Below are positions 1 through 8,220 of a DNA stretch of 64,000 bases, one piece after another. This DNA comes from an uncultured delta proteobacterium (GTDB taxonomy: Bacteria; Myxococcota_A; Polyangia; Polyangiales; Polyangiaceae). Every line of letters begins with the position of its first letter. Within the stretch, counting starts at the first letter, position 1. The notes below the pieces were generated by a model. The model saw nothing but the letters and a program-made list of their open reading frames with translations. It was not told the origin of the DNA and made no database searches. The position numbers were made by a program, and so were the translations under genes. The DNA is taken from positions 731,484 to 795,483 of the forward strand of contig CAWCPA010000008.1 of NCBI GenBank assembly GCA_963797395.1. Direction: 5' to 3'.

Positions 1-576
1 ATCTGCGTCGTGGCTGACGATCGACCCGGCCTGCTCTCGGCGATCGCCGCGTCGCTCGTGTCGCATCGCTTCGATGTCATCACGGCGCTCGTCTTCTCGC
101 GCAAGACGCAGAGCGGCGAGATGGAGGCGGTCGACTTCGTGTGGGTGCAGCGCGCGCAGCCGTCCGACACGGCGGCCATCGGGCCCGAGGAGGCGGAGTC
201 CGTGGGCGAGGTGCTGAGCGCCATCCTCACGGGGAGCGTCTCGGTCGAGGAGATCGCGTCGCGCACGGCGTCGGCGAGCGGCGGGGGAACCGCGGAGATC
301 GTCTGCCGGTTCGATCCCAACGACGAGGACGGGCGGGCGGTGCTCCTGGTCGAGGCGCCCGATCGCCCGGGGGTCTTGCTCGCCATCACCCGGGAGCTCT
401 TCCAGCAGGGGATGCAGATCGCCCGGTCGCTCGTGCGGACGGCCGACGGGCGCGCCTACAACCGCTTCGAGCTCTCGGAGTTCAGCGGATCGGCTCTCTC
501 GGCCGCGCGGCGGGAGCAGGTGCAGGCCGCCGTCGTCGCGGCCCTCGCCTTCGGGTCAGGGCAGCAAGGACCATGA
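1..576 (+). CDS. Tandem ACT-domain protein, C-terminal fragment (GlnD/PII-uridylyltransferase-like tail); 5' end lies outside the window
   Basis: Frame is open to nt 1. Two ACT-like repeats (DRPGLLSAIAASLVSHRFDV..., APDRPGVLLAITRELFQQGMQI...). Stop TGA at 574-576. Confidence 0.5.
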   Translation: MCVVADDRPGLLSAIAASLVSHRFDVITALVFSRKTQSGEMEAVDFVWVQRAQPSDTAAIGPEEAESVGEVLSAILTGSVSVEEIASRTASASGGGTAEIVCRFDPNDEDGRAVLLVEAPDRPGVLLAITRELFQQGMQIARSLVRTADGRAYNRFELSEFSGSALSAARREQVQAAVVAALAFGSGQQGP

Positions 577-740
577 AGCGGGCTACAGGGACCCTGAAGC
601 GGGCTACAGGCCACAGATAAGGCTACAGCCGGAGACCGGGGCACACGGGACTGGCGTCGCTGCTCGCGACTCTCGCTCTCTCTCGGACTGAAGCCTGTAG
701 CCTGTAGCCGCTCGGCGGGCTCCGGCCGCTCGGCGGGCTC
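575..740. repeat. Composite direct/inverted repeat block between the ACT gene and sdhA
   Basis: GAAGCGGGCTACAGG twice (575-589, 596-610) and GGCTACAG again at 621. Inverted CTGTAGCC twice (695-709). CCGCTCGGCGGGCTC twice (708-722, 726-740). Confidence 0.7.
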
Positions 741-757
741 GGTAGGCTCTGGGCGAA

Positions 758-786
758 TTGACACACTGGCGCCTTTCCCCTACGTC
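758..786 (+). promoter_or_regulatory. Candidate sigma70-type promoter for sdhAB
   Basis: Perfect TTGACA at 758-763, a 17-nt spacer, then a weak -10 TACGTC at 781-786. This would give a very short leader before the ATG at 798. Confidence 0.25.
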
Positions 787-797
787 CCATCGCGACC

Positions 798-2855
798 ATG
801 GCATCGGCAAAGTCGCTCACCCGTTCCGAATCGGGCAAGGTCCGCCGCGTCGTCGTCGTCGGCGGCGGTCTCGCCGGGCTGATGACCGTCATCAAGCTCT
901 GCGAGGCCGGCGTACCGGTCGACCTCTTCTCGCTCGTGCCGGTGAAGCGCTCGCACTCGGTCTGCGCGCAGGGCGGCATCAACGCCAGCGTGAACACCAA
1001 GGGCGAGGGCGACTCTCCGCAGGTGCACCTCGAGGAGACCGTGTACGGGGGCGACTTCCTCGCCAACCAGCCGCCGGTGAAGGGCATGTGCGACGCGGCG
1101 CCGAGCATCGTCTACATGCTCGACCGCATGGGCGTGCCCTTCAACCGCACGCCCGAGGGGCTCCTCGACTTCCGCCGCTTCGGCGGCACGCTCTTCCACC
1201 GTACGGCCTTCGCCGGCGCCACCACGGGCCAGCAGCTCCTCTACGCGCTCGACGAGCAGGTCCGCCGCTGGGAGACCATCGACGTCGAGGACGACCGGGG
1301 CGAGCGCGTCCCGGGCGAGCGGATGGTCCGGAAGCTCGAGTGGTGGGACATGGTCGGTCTCGTCCTCGACGACGACGGCGTGTGCCGCGGCATCGTCGCG
1401 CAGGACATCAAGACGATGGCGCTCGAGACGTTCCCGGGCGACGCGGTTTGCCTGGCGACGGGCGGCTGCGGCATCGTCTTCGGGCGCTCGACGAACAGCG
1501 TGATCAACACCGGCACCGCGGCGAGCGCCGCGTACCAGCAGGGCGCCTGCTACGCCAACGGGGAGTTCATCCAGGTCCACCCCACGGCCATCCCCGGGGC
1601 CGACAAGCTGCGCCTCATCTCCGAGAGCGTGCGCGGCGAGGGCGGGCGCGTCTGGGTGCCGCGCGACGTCACCGAGCGCCGGCCCGGCCGCGAGGTGCCC
1701 GAGAGCAACCGCGAGTACTTCCTCGAAGAGAAGTACCCCGGGTACGGCAACCTCGTTCCGCGCGACATCGCGAGCCGTGAGCTCTTCAAGAAGTGCTTTC
1801 ACGAGAAGCGCGGCGTCTACAACTCCGCGAGCGCCCGCAACGAGAACGAGGTCTACCTCGACGTCACGCACATCCCGCGCGAGACCCTGCACAAGAAGCT
1901 CGCGGGCGTGCTCGAGATTTACCAGAAGTTCGTCGGCGAAGACCCGTACGTCAATCCGATGCGCGTCTTCCCGGCCGTGCACTACTCGATGGGCGGCCTC
2001 TGGGTCGACTTCGACCGCGCCGCGAACGGCGGCCTCGTGATGGGCTCTCCCCGCAACCAGGCCACGAGCATTCCCGGCCTCTACGCCTGCGGCGAGTCGG
2101 AGTACCAGTACCACGGCGCCAACCGCCTCGGCGCCAACTCGCTCCTCTCGTGCATCTGGGGCGGCATGGTCGCCGGCCCGGCCATCGCCTCGTACCGCAA
2201 GAACATGCGCAAGAGCGCGTGGGACATGCCCTCGTCGCTCTTCGAGAAGGCGCAGCGTCGCGAGCAGAAGAAGTTCGAGGCCATCCTCGCGATGGACGGC
2301 GACCAGAACCCGTACGTCATCCACGACGAGCTCGCGCAGACGATGCTGGTCGACTGCACCATCGAGCGGCACAACCCGACCCTCGAGAAGGTGCTCGCGA
2401 AGATCGAGGAGTTCGACGCCCGGGCCAAGCGCGTCGGCGTGACCGACCGGGTCACGGGCAAGATGAACCAGGGCGCCCAGTTCGTGCGGCACCTCAACAA
2501 CATGATCGTCCTCGCGCGCGTCATCGCGCAGGGCGCGTTCAACCGGAACGAGTCGCGCGGGGCCCACTTCAAGCCCGAGTTCACCCAGCGCGACGACGCC
2601 AACTGGCTCCGCACGACGCTCGCCTTCCACAAGGGCGCGGCGAACGGATCGCCCGACGCCGTCCGGTACGTCCGCGAGATCGACTACGACCTCCTCGGCG
2701 AGCGGGTGCACGTGACCGACGCGGTCGACACGACGCTCGTGAAGCCGCGTCCGCGCAAGTACGAGACCGCCGGCGCCGCGAGCGCGAGCGCCAAGGACCC
2801 GAAGGACAAGCCCGCCGAGGGCGAGGCGAAAGCGAACGAGAGGGCTGCGAGCTGA
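798..2855 (+). CDS. sdhA: Succinate dehydrogenase/fumarate reductase flavoprotein subunit
   Basis: 685-aa ORF with an N-terminal FAD fold (VVVVGGGLAGL), the HSVCAQGGINA motif and the GANRLGANSLL motif. Confidence 0.95.
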   Translation: MASAKSLTRSESGKVRRVVVVGGGLAGLMTVIKLCEAGVPVDLFSLVPVKRSHSVCAQGGINASVNTKGEGDSPQVHLEETVYGGDFLANQPPVKGMCDAAPSIVYMLDRMGVPFNRTPEGLLDFRRFGGTLFHRTAFAGATTGQQLLYALDEQVRRWETIDVEDDRGERVPGERMVRKLEWWDMVGLVLDDDGVCRGIVAQDIKTMALETFPGDAVCLATGGCGIVFGRSTNSVINTGTAASAAYQQGACYANGEFIQVHPTAIPGADKLRLISESVRGEGGRVWVPRDVTERRPGREVPESNREYFLEEKYPGYGNLVPRDIASRELFKKCFHEKRGVYNSASARNENEVYLDVTHIPRETLHKKLAGVLEIYQKFVGEDPYVNPMRVFPAVHYSMGGLWVDFDRAANGGLVMGSPRNQATSIPGLYACGESEYQYHGANRLGANSLLSCIWGGMVAGPAIASYRKNMRKSAWDMPSSLFEKAQRREQKKFEAILAMDGDQNPYVIHDELAQTMLVDCTIERHNPTLEKVLAKIEEFDARAKRVGVTDRVTGKMNQGAQFVRHLNNMIVLARVIAQGAFNRNESRGAHFKPEFTQRDDANWLRTTLAFHKGAANGSPDAVRYVREIDYDLLGERVHVTDAVDTTLVKPRPRKYETAGAASASAKDPKDKPAEGEAKANERAAS

Positions 2856-2857
2856 CG

Positions 2858-3619
2858 ATGGCTACCGAACGCACGATCAAGCTGAAGGTGAAGCGGCAAG
2901 ACGGCCCAGGCCTGACCAGCTACTGGCAGGAGTTCGAGATGCCGTGGCAGCCGCGGATGAACGTCATCAGCGCGCTCATGGAGATCCAGAAGAAGCCGGT
3001 CACCACCAGCGGGCAGAAGGTCGCTCCCGTGGTGTGGGAGTGCTCGTGCCTCGAAGAGGTGTGCGGGTCGTGCACGATGGTCATCGGTGGGAGGGCTCGC
3101 CAGTCGTGCAGCGCCCTCGTCGACCAAATCGCCCCATCGGGGCAAACCATCGTCCTCGAGCCGATGACGAAGTTCCCCGTCGTTCGCGACCTCGTCGTCG
3201 ACCGCTCGCGGATGTTCGAGAACCTGAAGCGGGTCAAGGCGTGGATCGAGCTCGATGGCTCCCACGAGCTCGGGCCGGGTCCGCGCCAGGCCCAGGACAA
3301 CCAGGAGACGACCTACCCTCTGTCTCGCTGCATGACGTGCGGCTGCTGCCTCGAGGCCTGCCCGCAGATCAACGACAGCAGCGATTTCGTCGGGCCGGCG
3401 GCCATCAACCAGGTGCGCCTCTTCAACCTGCACCCGAGCGGCAAGATGCACGCGGGCGAGCGGCTCGACGCCGTGATGGGCGAGGGCGGCGTCGAGGGAT
3501 GCGGCAAGGCGCAGAACTGCGTCGAGGCGTGCCCGAAGGAAATTCCCCTCGTCGACTCGATCGCTTCGGTGAGCCGCGACGCCACCAAGCGCATGCTGCT
3601 CGGCTGGCTTCTGAAATAA
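2858..3619 (+). CDS. sdhB: Succinate dehydrogenase/fumarate reductase iron-sulfur subunit
   Basis: ATG lies 2 nt after the sdhA stop. Cys clusters CSCLEEVCGSC, CMTCGCCLEACP and CGKAQNCVEACP. Confidence 0.93.
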   Translation: MATERTIKLKVKRQDGPGLTSYWQEFEMPWQPRMNVISALMEIQKKPVTTSGQKVAPVVWECSCLEEVCGSCTMVIGGRARQSCSALVDQIAPSGQTIVLEPMTKFPVVRDLVVDRSRMFENLKRVKAWIELDGSHELGPGPRQAQDNQETTYPLSRCMTCGCCLEACPQINDSSDFVGPAAINQVRLFNLHPSGKMHAGERLDAVMGEGGVEGCGKAQNCVEACPKEIPLVDSIASVSRDATKRMLLGWLLK

Positions 3620-3678
3620 ACTTGGCCCCGGGCCTGCATTCCCGTTACTGCGGGCGATAAGTCCAGCAGGAGGCGGAA

Positions 3679-3999
3679 ATGCTTGCAGCGAGCGCGTCGC
3701 CGGCTTCCGAGCCGCGTCAGGTCGTCGAACGTGTGCAGAGGACCGCGAGCGCCCTCGGCTGCGCGGGCATCTGGGTTCGCGCGACAGGGCCCTACATCCT
3801 TCTCGGTATGCAGGGGGGCGACGCCTTCGCCCGCCTCACCTCTCTCGGCGGGGACTCGTACGGGCTCGCCTTCCGCGCGCCCGCGCCCGTGAACAAGCGC
3901 ACTCCGGCGAGCTGGGACCCGGTGCTCTTGATCGACGAGCTCACCGACGTCGTCGAGCACGCGCTCGTCGGCGTGAGCGCACTTCCCCTTACGGGTTGA
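3679..3999 (+). CDS. Hypothetical protein (106 aa), no predicted TM segment
   Basis: AGGAGG lies about 7 nt upstream of the ATG. No recognisable motif. Confidence 0.45.
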   Translation: MLAASASPASEPRQVVERVQRTASALGCAGIWVRATGPYILLGMQGGDAFARLTSLGGDSYGLAFRAPAPVNKRTPASWDPVLLIDELTDVVEHALVGVSALPLTG

Positions 4000-4064
4000 T
4001 TCGCTTCTGATTCGAAGGGGAGCGCGCGGCGCGGGCGATTGGACGCCTGAGCGCCGCGCCGCCC

Positions 4065-4862
4065 GTGTTAACCTCGAGGGCCGTGCGCCGCGCGCTCGCC
4101 CTCTGCGCCATCGCCTCCGCTACGATCGTCCCCGCGACGGCGCGGGCGCAAGATTCCCCGCCCGAAGGCGGCGAGACGCTCTCGCCCGACGCGCACGTCG
4201 AGATCTCCACGCAGCCGCCCGACGCGAAGGGCGACGCGAACGCGACCGGCGCGCCCTCCGACTCGGGTCCCGAGGGCCCCGCGGAGGCGCCGCCCCCGCC
4301 GCCGCACCGCAAGGGGCTGGTCCTCGAGTCGACGCTCGGAGTGCTCGGCTTCGCCGGCCAGTTCCGTCACGTCGCGCCGCCCGCCTACTGGCTCCACGCG
4401 CAGCTCGGGTACGAGCTCACCCCCTGGCTGATGGCGTTCGGCGAGGGCGAGCTCGCCTTCACCGACACGAGCGAGGCGCAGAGCGCGTCGGCCGACATGG
4501 CGTTCGCGATGTACGGCTTCGGCGGCGGCGCGCGCGCGACGCTGCACCCGTCGCAGCGGGTGGGCCTCTTCCTCCAGGGCGAGGTGGGCGCCCTGTCGGC
4601 GAACGTGCCCCACAACTCCCTCACCATCCTCGGCTTCAAGGACGCCGAGACCCTCTCGTTCTCCTTCGGCGCGCGCATCGGCGTCGTCTGGTACCAGGTC
4701 GACCGACACCTCGCGCTGACGGCGCAGGTGGGTGCGCGCGACGCGGTGGGCTTCGCGAAAGGGGAGGGATTCGAGCGATTTCCCCCTCATGTGGGATGCC
4801 GCACTCGGCTTGAGTTACACGTTCTGAGTTCGCGGCTCGAGCGGTTAACATCGTGGGCATGA
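4065..4862 (+). CDS. Secreted outer-membrane beta-barrel-like protein; the 3' end appears frameshifted (canonical C-terminus ends at 4827 in the +1 frame)
   Basis: Signal peptide ...IVPATARA/QD. Alternating beta-strand pattern. The +1 frame encodes ...FPLMWDAALGLSYTF-stop. Confidence 0.6.
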   Translation: MLTSRAVRRALALCAIASATIVPATARAQDSPPEGGETLSPDAHVEISTQPPDAKGDANATGAPSDSGPEGPAEAPPPPPHRKGLVLESTLGVLGFAGQFRHVAPPAYWLHAQLGYELTPWLMAFGEGELAFTDTSEAQSASADMAFAMYGFGGGARATLHPSQRVGLFLQGEVGALSANVPHNSLTILGFKDAETLSFSFGARIGVVWYQVDRHLALTAQVGARDAVGFAKGEGFERFPPHVGCRTRLELHVLSSRLERLTSWA

Positions 4863-5632
4863 ACCGCTCATGTCTCTTCGCCGTGGCGCTCACGCTCTGC
4901 GGGTGCGGCGTCTCGAAGGCCGACTTCGACTCCAAGGTCCAGGAGGCCAACGCTTCGAAGCAGGAGGCGGAGGCCGCAAAAAAGCAGGTCGCGGAGCTCC
5001 AGCAGCAGGTCACCGCCGACGATCAGCAGGTCGCGCAGCTCAAGGGCGCGCTCGGCCTGGCGCAGGCGCAAGCCATCACCGACGAGCAGAAGACCGCCCT
5101 CGACGACGCCAAGAAGGCCCTGCAGGAGGCGGCCGAGCGCGGCAAGCTGCTCGACGACCTCACCTCCAAGTTCAAGTCGATGATCGACGCCGGCCGGGTG
5201 AAGGTCACCACCCGGCACGGGCGCATCGTCCTCCAACTCCACAACGACATCCTCTTCGCCGCGGGCGACGCCGACCTCAAGCCCGACGGCACGAAGGCGC
5301 TCGCCGACGTCGCCGGTGCGCTCCGCGGCGTCGGCATGAAGCGCTTCCAGGTGGCCGGCCACACCGACAGCGAGCCGCTCACCCCCGAGACCAAGAAGAA
5401 GTTCCCCACCAACTGGGAGCTCTCGACCGCGCGCGCCGTCAACGTCGTGAAGCTGCTCGTGCAGGACGGCGTGGACCCCAGCGTCCTCTCCGCGGCCGGG
5501 TACGGGCAGTTCGACCCCGTGGCGAGCAACGCGAACGCCGACGGCCAGTCGAAGAACCGCCGCATCGAGATCACCCTGGTGCCGAACGTGGCGCCCCTCG
5601 TCGCGGCCGTGGACAAAGAAGCGAAGAAGTGA
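4859..5632 (+). CDS. OmpA/MotB-domain lipoprotein with an N-terminal coiled coil
   Basis: Lipobox LTLCGC. Gln/Ala-rich coiled coil. OmpA_C motifs (FAAGDADLKPDG, GHTDSEP, NWELSTARA, NRRIEI). Confidence 0.85.
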   Translation: MNRSCLFAVALTLCGCGVSKADFDSKVQEANASKQEAEAAKKQVAELQQQVTADDQQVAQLKGALGLAQAQAITDEQKTALDDAKKALQEAAERGKLLDDLTSKFKSMIDAGRVKVTTRHGRIVLQLHNDILFAAGDADLKPDGTKALADVAGALRGVGMKRFQVAGHTDSEPLTPETKKKFPTNWELSTARAVNVVKLLVQDGVDPSVLSAAGYGQFDPVASNANADGQSKNRRIEITLVPNVAPLVAAVDKEAKK

Positions 5633-5661
5633 AGGTCCGGCGCGCACGGCCTAGAGCGGGA

Positions 5662-5688
5662 GCCCTTTGAATGGAACATTCAAAGGGC
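5662..5688 (+). terminator. Stem-loop after the OmpA-like gene (11-bp stem, 5-nt loop, no U-tract)
   Basis: GCCCTTTGAAT-GGAAC-ATTCAAAGGGC. Confidence 0.4.
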
Positions 5689-5702
5689 GGAGCTCCAAAC
5701 TA

Positions 5703-5717
5703 GGGCAAAATTAGAGC
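5703..5717. repeat. Left copy of the 15-bp AT-rich inverted repeat bracketing nadE
   Basis: GGGCAAAATTAGAGC is the perfect reverse complement of 7692-7706. Confidence 0.85.
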
Positions 5718-5750
5718 TGGCTGTCGTTCCGAAGGAACGACAGTCGCTCT
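5713..5750 (+). promoter_or_regulatory. Strong hairpin in the nadE leader, just upstream of the RBS
   Basis: AGAGC-TGG-CTGTCGTTCC-GAA-GGAACGACAG-TC-GCTCT, followed by AAAGAGGG and the ATG at 5763. Confidence 0.35.
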
Positions 5751-5762
5751 ATAAAGAGGGCC

Positions 5763-7673
5763 ATGAGGCTCGTGCGCGTCGCCCTCGCCAGCGTCAACTC
5801 GACAGTGGGCGCCTGCCGGTCCAACGTCGACCGCGCGATCGTGGTCGCCCGGTCGGCCGCGGCCGACGGCGCGACCGTCGTCGCGCTGCCCGAGCAGCTC
5901 ATCGGCGGCTACCCGCCCGAAGACCTCGTGCAGTGGCGCGCCTTCGTCGAAATGCAGCGCGCCGAGCTCGCGCGCTTCGCCCGGGAGACGGCGCAGCTCG
6001 GGTGCGCGTGCGCGATCGGGCTCGTCGTCGCGCGCGGCGCCAACCTCTACAACGTCGCGGCGCTCGTCCACGCCGGCCAGGTCTGCGGCTTCGTCCCGAA
6101 GGAGAAGCTGCCGCTCTACAACGTCTTCTACGAGGCGCGCACCCTCGCGCGGGGCGCCCCCGGCCTCTACGACACGCTCGGCGGCGTCCCGTTCGGCGAC
6201 CTCGTCTTCCAGCTCGACTTCGGCGCCGTCGCCCTCGAGGTCTGCGAGGACGCGTGGTCGCCCGACGGGCCGATGCGCCGGCGGTCGTACGCCGGGGCGG
6301 AGCTCGTCATCAACCTGAGCGCCTCGCCCTTCCGGGTCGGCATCTCCGAGACGCGCCGCGAGATGATCGCGACGCGCGCGGCCGATTGCCAGGCCACGGT
6401 CGCGTACGTGAACGCGGTCGGCGCGAACGACGGGCTGGTCTTCGACGGGGGAGGGTACGTCGCGCAGAACGGGCGCGTCGTCCTCTCGGCCGCGCGCTTC
6501 CGCGAGGGCTTCGAGGCGGTCACGGTCGACCTCGATCGCACGCGCCGCCTGCGGACCGAGAACACCACCTGGCGCGACGACCAGAGCGCCTTCTCGCCGT
6601 CCGCGCCGCAGGTCACGACCGTGCCGGTCGCGGCGCCCACCCGCGGGCGCGAGGCCCTCGTCTTCCCGGCGCCCCCGAACAAGAACTTCTTCCTGCCCGG
6701 CGCCGTGCCGCAGCCCTCCCCGCGCGACGCGTTCTGCGAGGAGCTCCTCGACGCGCTCGCCCTCGGCCTCGGCGACTACTTCGAGAAGACCGGGTCCTTC
6801 AAGACGATCGGCGTCGCGCTCTCGGGCGGCCGCGACAGCCTCTTCGTCCTCGCCATCGCCCGCCGCTGGATCGACCAGCGCTGGGCCGACCGCTCCGAGG
6901 CCGACCGCCGCGCCAAGGCCCGCGAGATCCTCCGCGCGTTCTACATGCCTACGCGCTTCTCGTCCGACGAGACGCGGGCCGCCGCCGAGCGCGCCGCGAA
7001 GGACCTCGACGCGCCGTTCGTCCTCCTCTCGATCGAGGACGCGTTCGAGCGGGAGCTCGTGGCCGTCGAGAGGATGCTCCAGCCGGGCGAGGCCCTCACT
7101 GCGCTCGCGCGCCAGAACATCCAGGCGCGCGTCCGCGCCGAGCGCATGTGGACGTGGGCCAACGCCGCGCAGGGCCTCTTCCTCCAGACGAGCAACATGA
7201 GCGAGAAGGCCGTGGGCTACGTGACGATCGGCGGCGACGGCGAGGGCGCGCTCAGCGTCATCGCGAACGTCCCGAAGACCGTCGTGAACTTCGTGCTCGA
7301 CTGGCTCTACGAGAGGACGCGCTGGGAGGGCATCCGCCTCACCCTCCTCAAGCCCGCGAGCGCCGAGCTGGCCGAGAACCAGGAAGACGAGCGCGAGCTC
7401 ATGCCCTTCCCCGTGCTCGACGCGTGCTTCGCGCTCTTCGCGGGCGAGAAGATGTCTCTCGACGAGGTCGCGGTGGCGCTCAAGGCCATCTTCCCCGAGC
7501 ACCCGCCCGAGCGGCTCGACGACTGGTCGGCGCGGTTCGTCCGGCTCTTCTCGGCCTCGATCTACAAGTGGGCCCAGGCGCCCATCTCGATCCACGTGGG
7601 CAACCTGGATCTCGAGCGCGAGCGCGCGCTGCAGCTTCCGGTCGTGCAGCGCGGCGAGTGGCAGAAGAAGTGA
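5763..7673 (+). CDS. nadE: Glutamine-dependent NAD+ synthetase (CN-hydrolase domain plus NAD synthase domain)
   Basis: 636 aa. N-terminal nitrilase-like domain (ALPEQLIGGYPPEDL, CEDAW). C-terminal ATP-PPase motif (VALSGGRDS). Confidence 0.92.
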   Translation: MRLVRVALASVNSTVGACRSNVDRAIVVARSAAADGATVVALPEQLIGGYPPEDLVQWRAFVEMQRAELARFARETAQLGCACAIGLVVARGANLYNVAALVHAGQVCGFVPKEKLPLYNVFYEARTLARGAPGLYDTLGGVPFGDLVFQLDFGAVALEVCEDAWSPDGPMRRRSYAGAELVINLSASPFRVGISETRREMIATRAADCQATVAYVNAVGANDGLVFDGGGYVAQNGRVVLSAARFREGFEAVTVDLDRTRRLRTENTTWRDDQSAFSPSAPQVTTVPVAAPTRGREALVFPAPPNKNFFLPGAVPQPSPRDAFCEELLDALALGLGDYFEKTGSFKTIGVALSGGRDSLFVLAIARRWIDQRWADRSEADRRAKAREILRAFYMPTRFSSDETRAAAERAAKDLDAPFVLLSIEDAFERELVAVERMLQPGEALTALARQNIQARVRAERMWTWANAAQGLFLQTSNMSEKAVGYVTIGGDGEGALSVIANVPKTVVNFVLDWLYERTRWEGIRLTLLKPASAELAENQEDERELMPFPVLDACFALFAGEKMSLDEVAVALKAIFPEHPPERLDDWSARFVRLFSASIYKWAQAPISIHVGNLDLERERALQLPVVQRGEWQKK

Positions 7674-7691
7674 CGCGCCCTATCTAGGGTG

Positions 7692-7706
7692 GCTCTAATT
7701 TTGCCC
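7692..7706. repeat. Right copy of the 15-bp inverted repeat bracketing nadE
   Basis: GCTCTAATTTTGCCC, 19 nt after the nadE stop. Confidence 0.85.
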
Positions 7707-7919
7707 CAAGGCTGCGGGTTCTCGGTTCGCTTGGCGCGGCGTCTCTTTCCGTGTCGGATGATGGGAACGAGAGGTCACCCCGCGGGGCACCGGGCTCCGT
7801 CGCTCGGCCTCTCACTTGGGTAGCCGGCCTCCGGGCCAAATTCCTCATTCGGCCGTGTCAATCGTTGGCCTGTCTCTCTCGACCCGCGAGCAAACGGGTT
7901 CGGGCGCCCAACGAAGGCC

Positions 7920-8080
7920 TTTGGACGACGAGGATCCGGGTCCGGACGGCGCCCCAAGGCGTCCGGTGAGCGCCCCAAGGCGTCCGGACGGCGCCCGGAC
8001 ACCCTGGCTCGCCGCCCCTACGCGTTTGGACGGCGTCTAAACGCGTTTGGACGGCGTCCGGACCTGCTCGGACGTCGCCC
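7920..8080. repeat. Degenerate tandem repeats built on (T/C)GGACGGCG in a convergent intergenic region
   Basis: TTGGACGACG, TCCGGACGGCGCCCCAAGGCGTCCGGTGAGCGCCCCAAGGCGTCCGGACGGCGCCCGGAC, and ACGCGTTTGGACGGCGTC twice. Confidence 0.55.
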
Positions 8081-8220
8081 GCTCCCAATCTCCGGCGAGT
8101 CGGGCGAGCAGAGTGTAGAGACCGGGCACATAGGTGAGGCTTTGGACTGAACGACTGCGAGACAGGGGTGAGAGCCGAGGGCTCTGGACGAGTCCTCTCC
8201 CTGAACGTCGCCGCGGACTC

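Noticed and set aside
577-797. A missing sdhC (cytochrome b anchor) hidden in the spacer upstream of sdhA.
   Set aside because: The spacer is only 220 nt, has no ORF with hydrophobic segments, and is occupied by repeats.
780-2711. 643-aa ORF antisense to sdhA. Similar long antisense or out-of-frame ORFs include 5700-7595, 9795-11204, 14498-15772, 15756-17210, 20784-21836, 30665-32311 and 43159-45021.
   Set aside because: They overlap genes with unambiguous family motifs on the other strand. Their products are Arg/Ala/Gly/Pro-rich and low in complexity. Open antisense frames are expected at about 70% GC.
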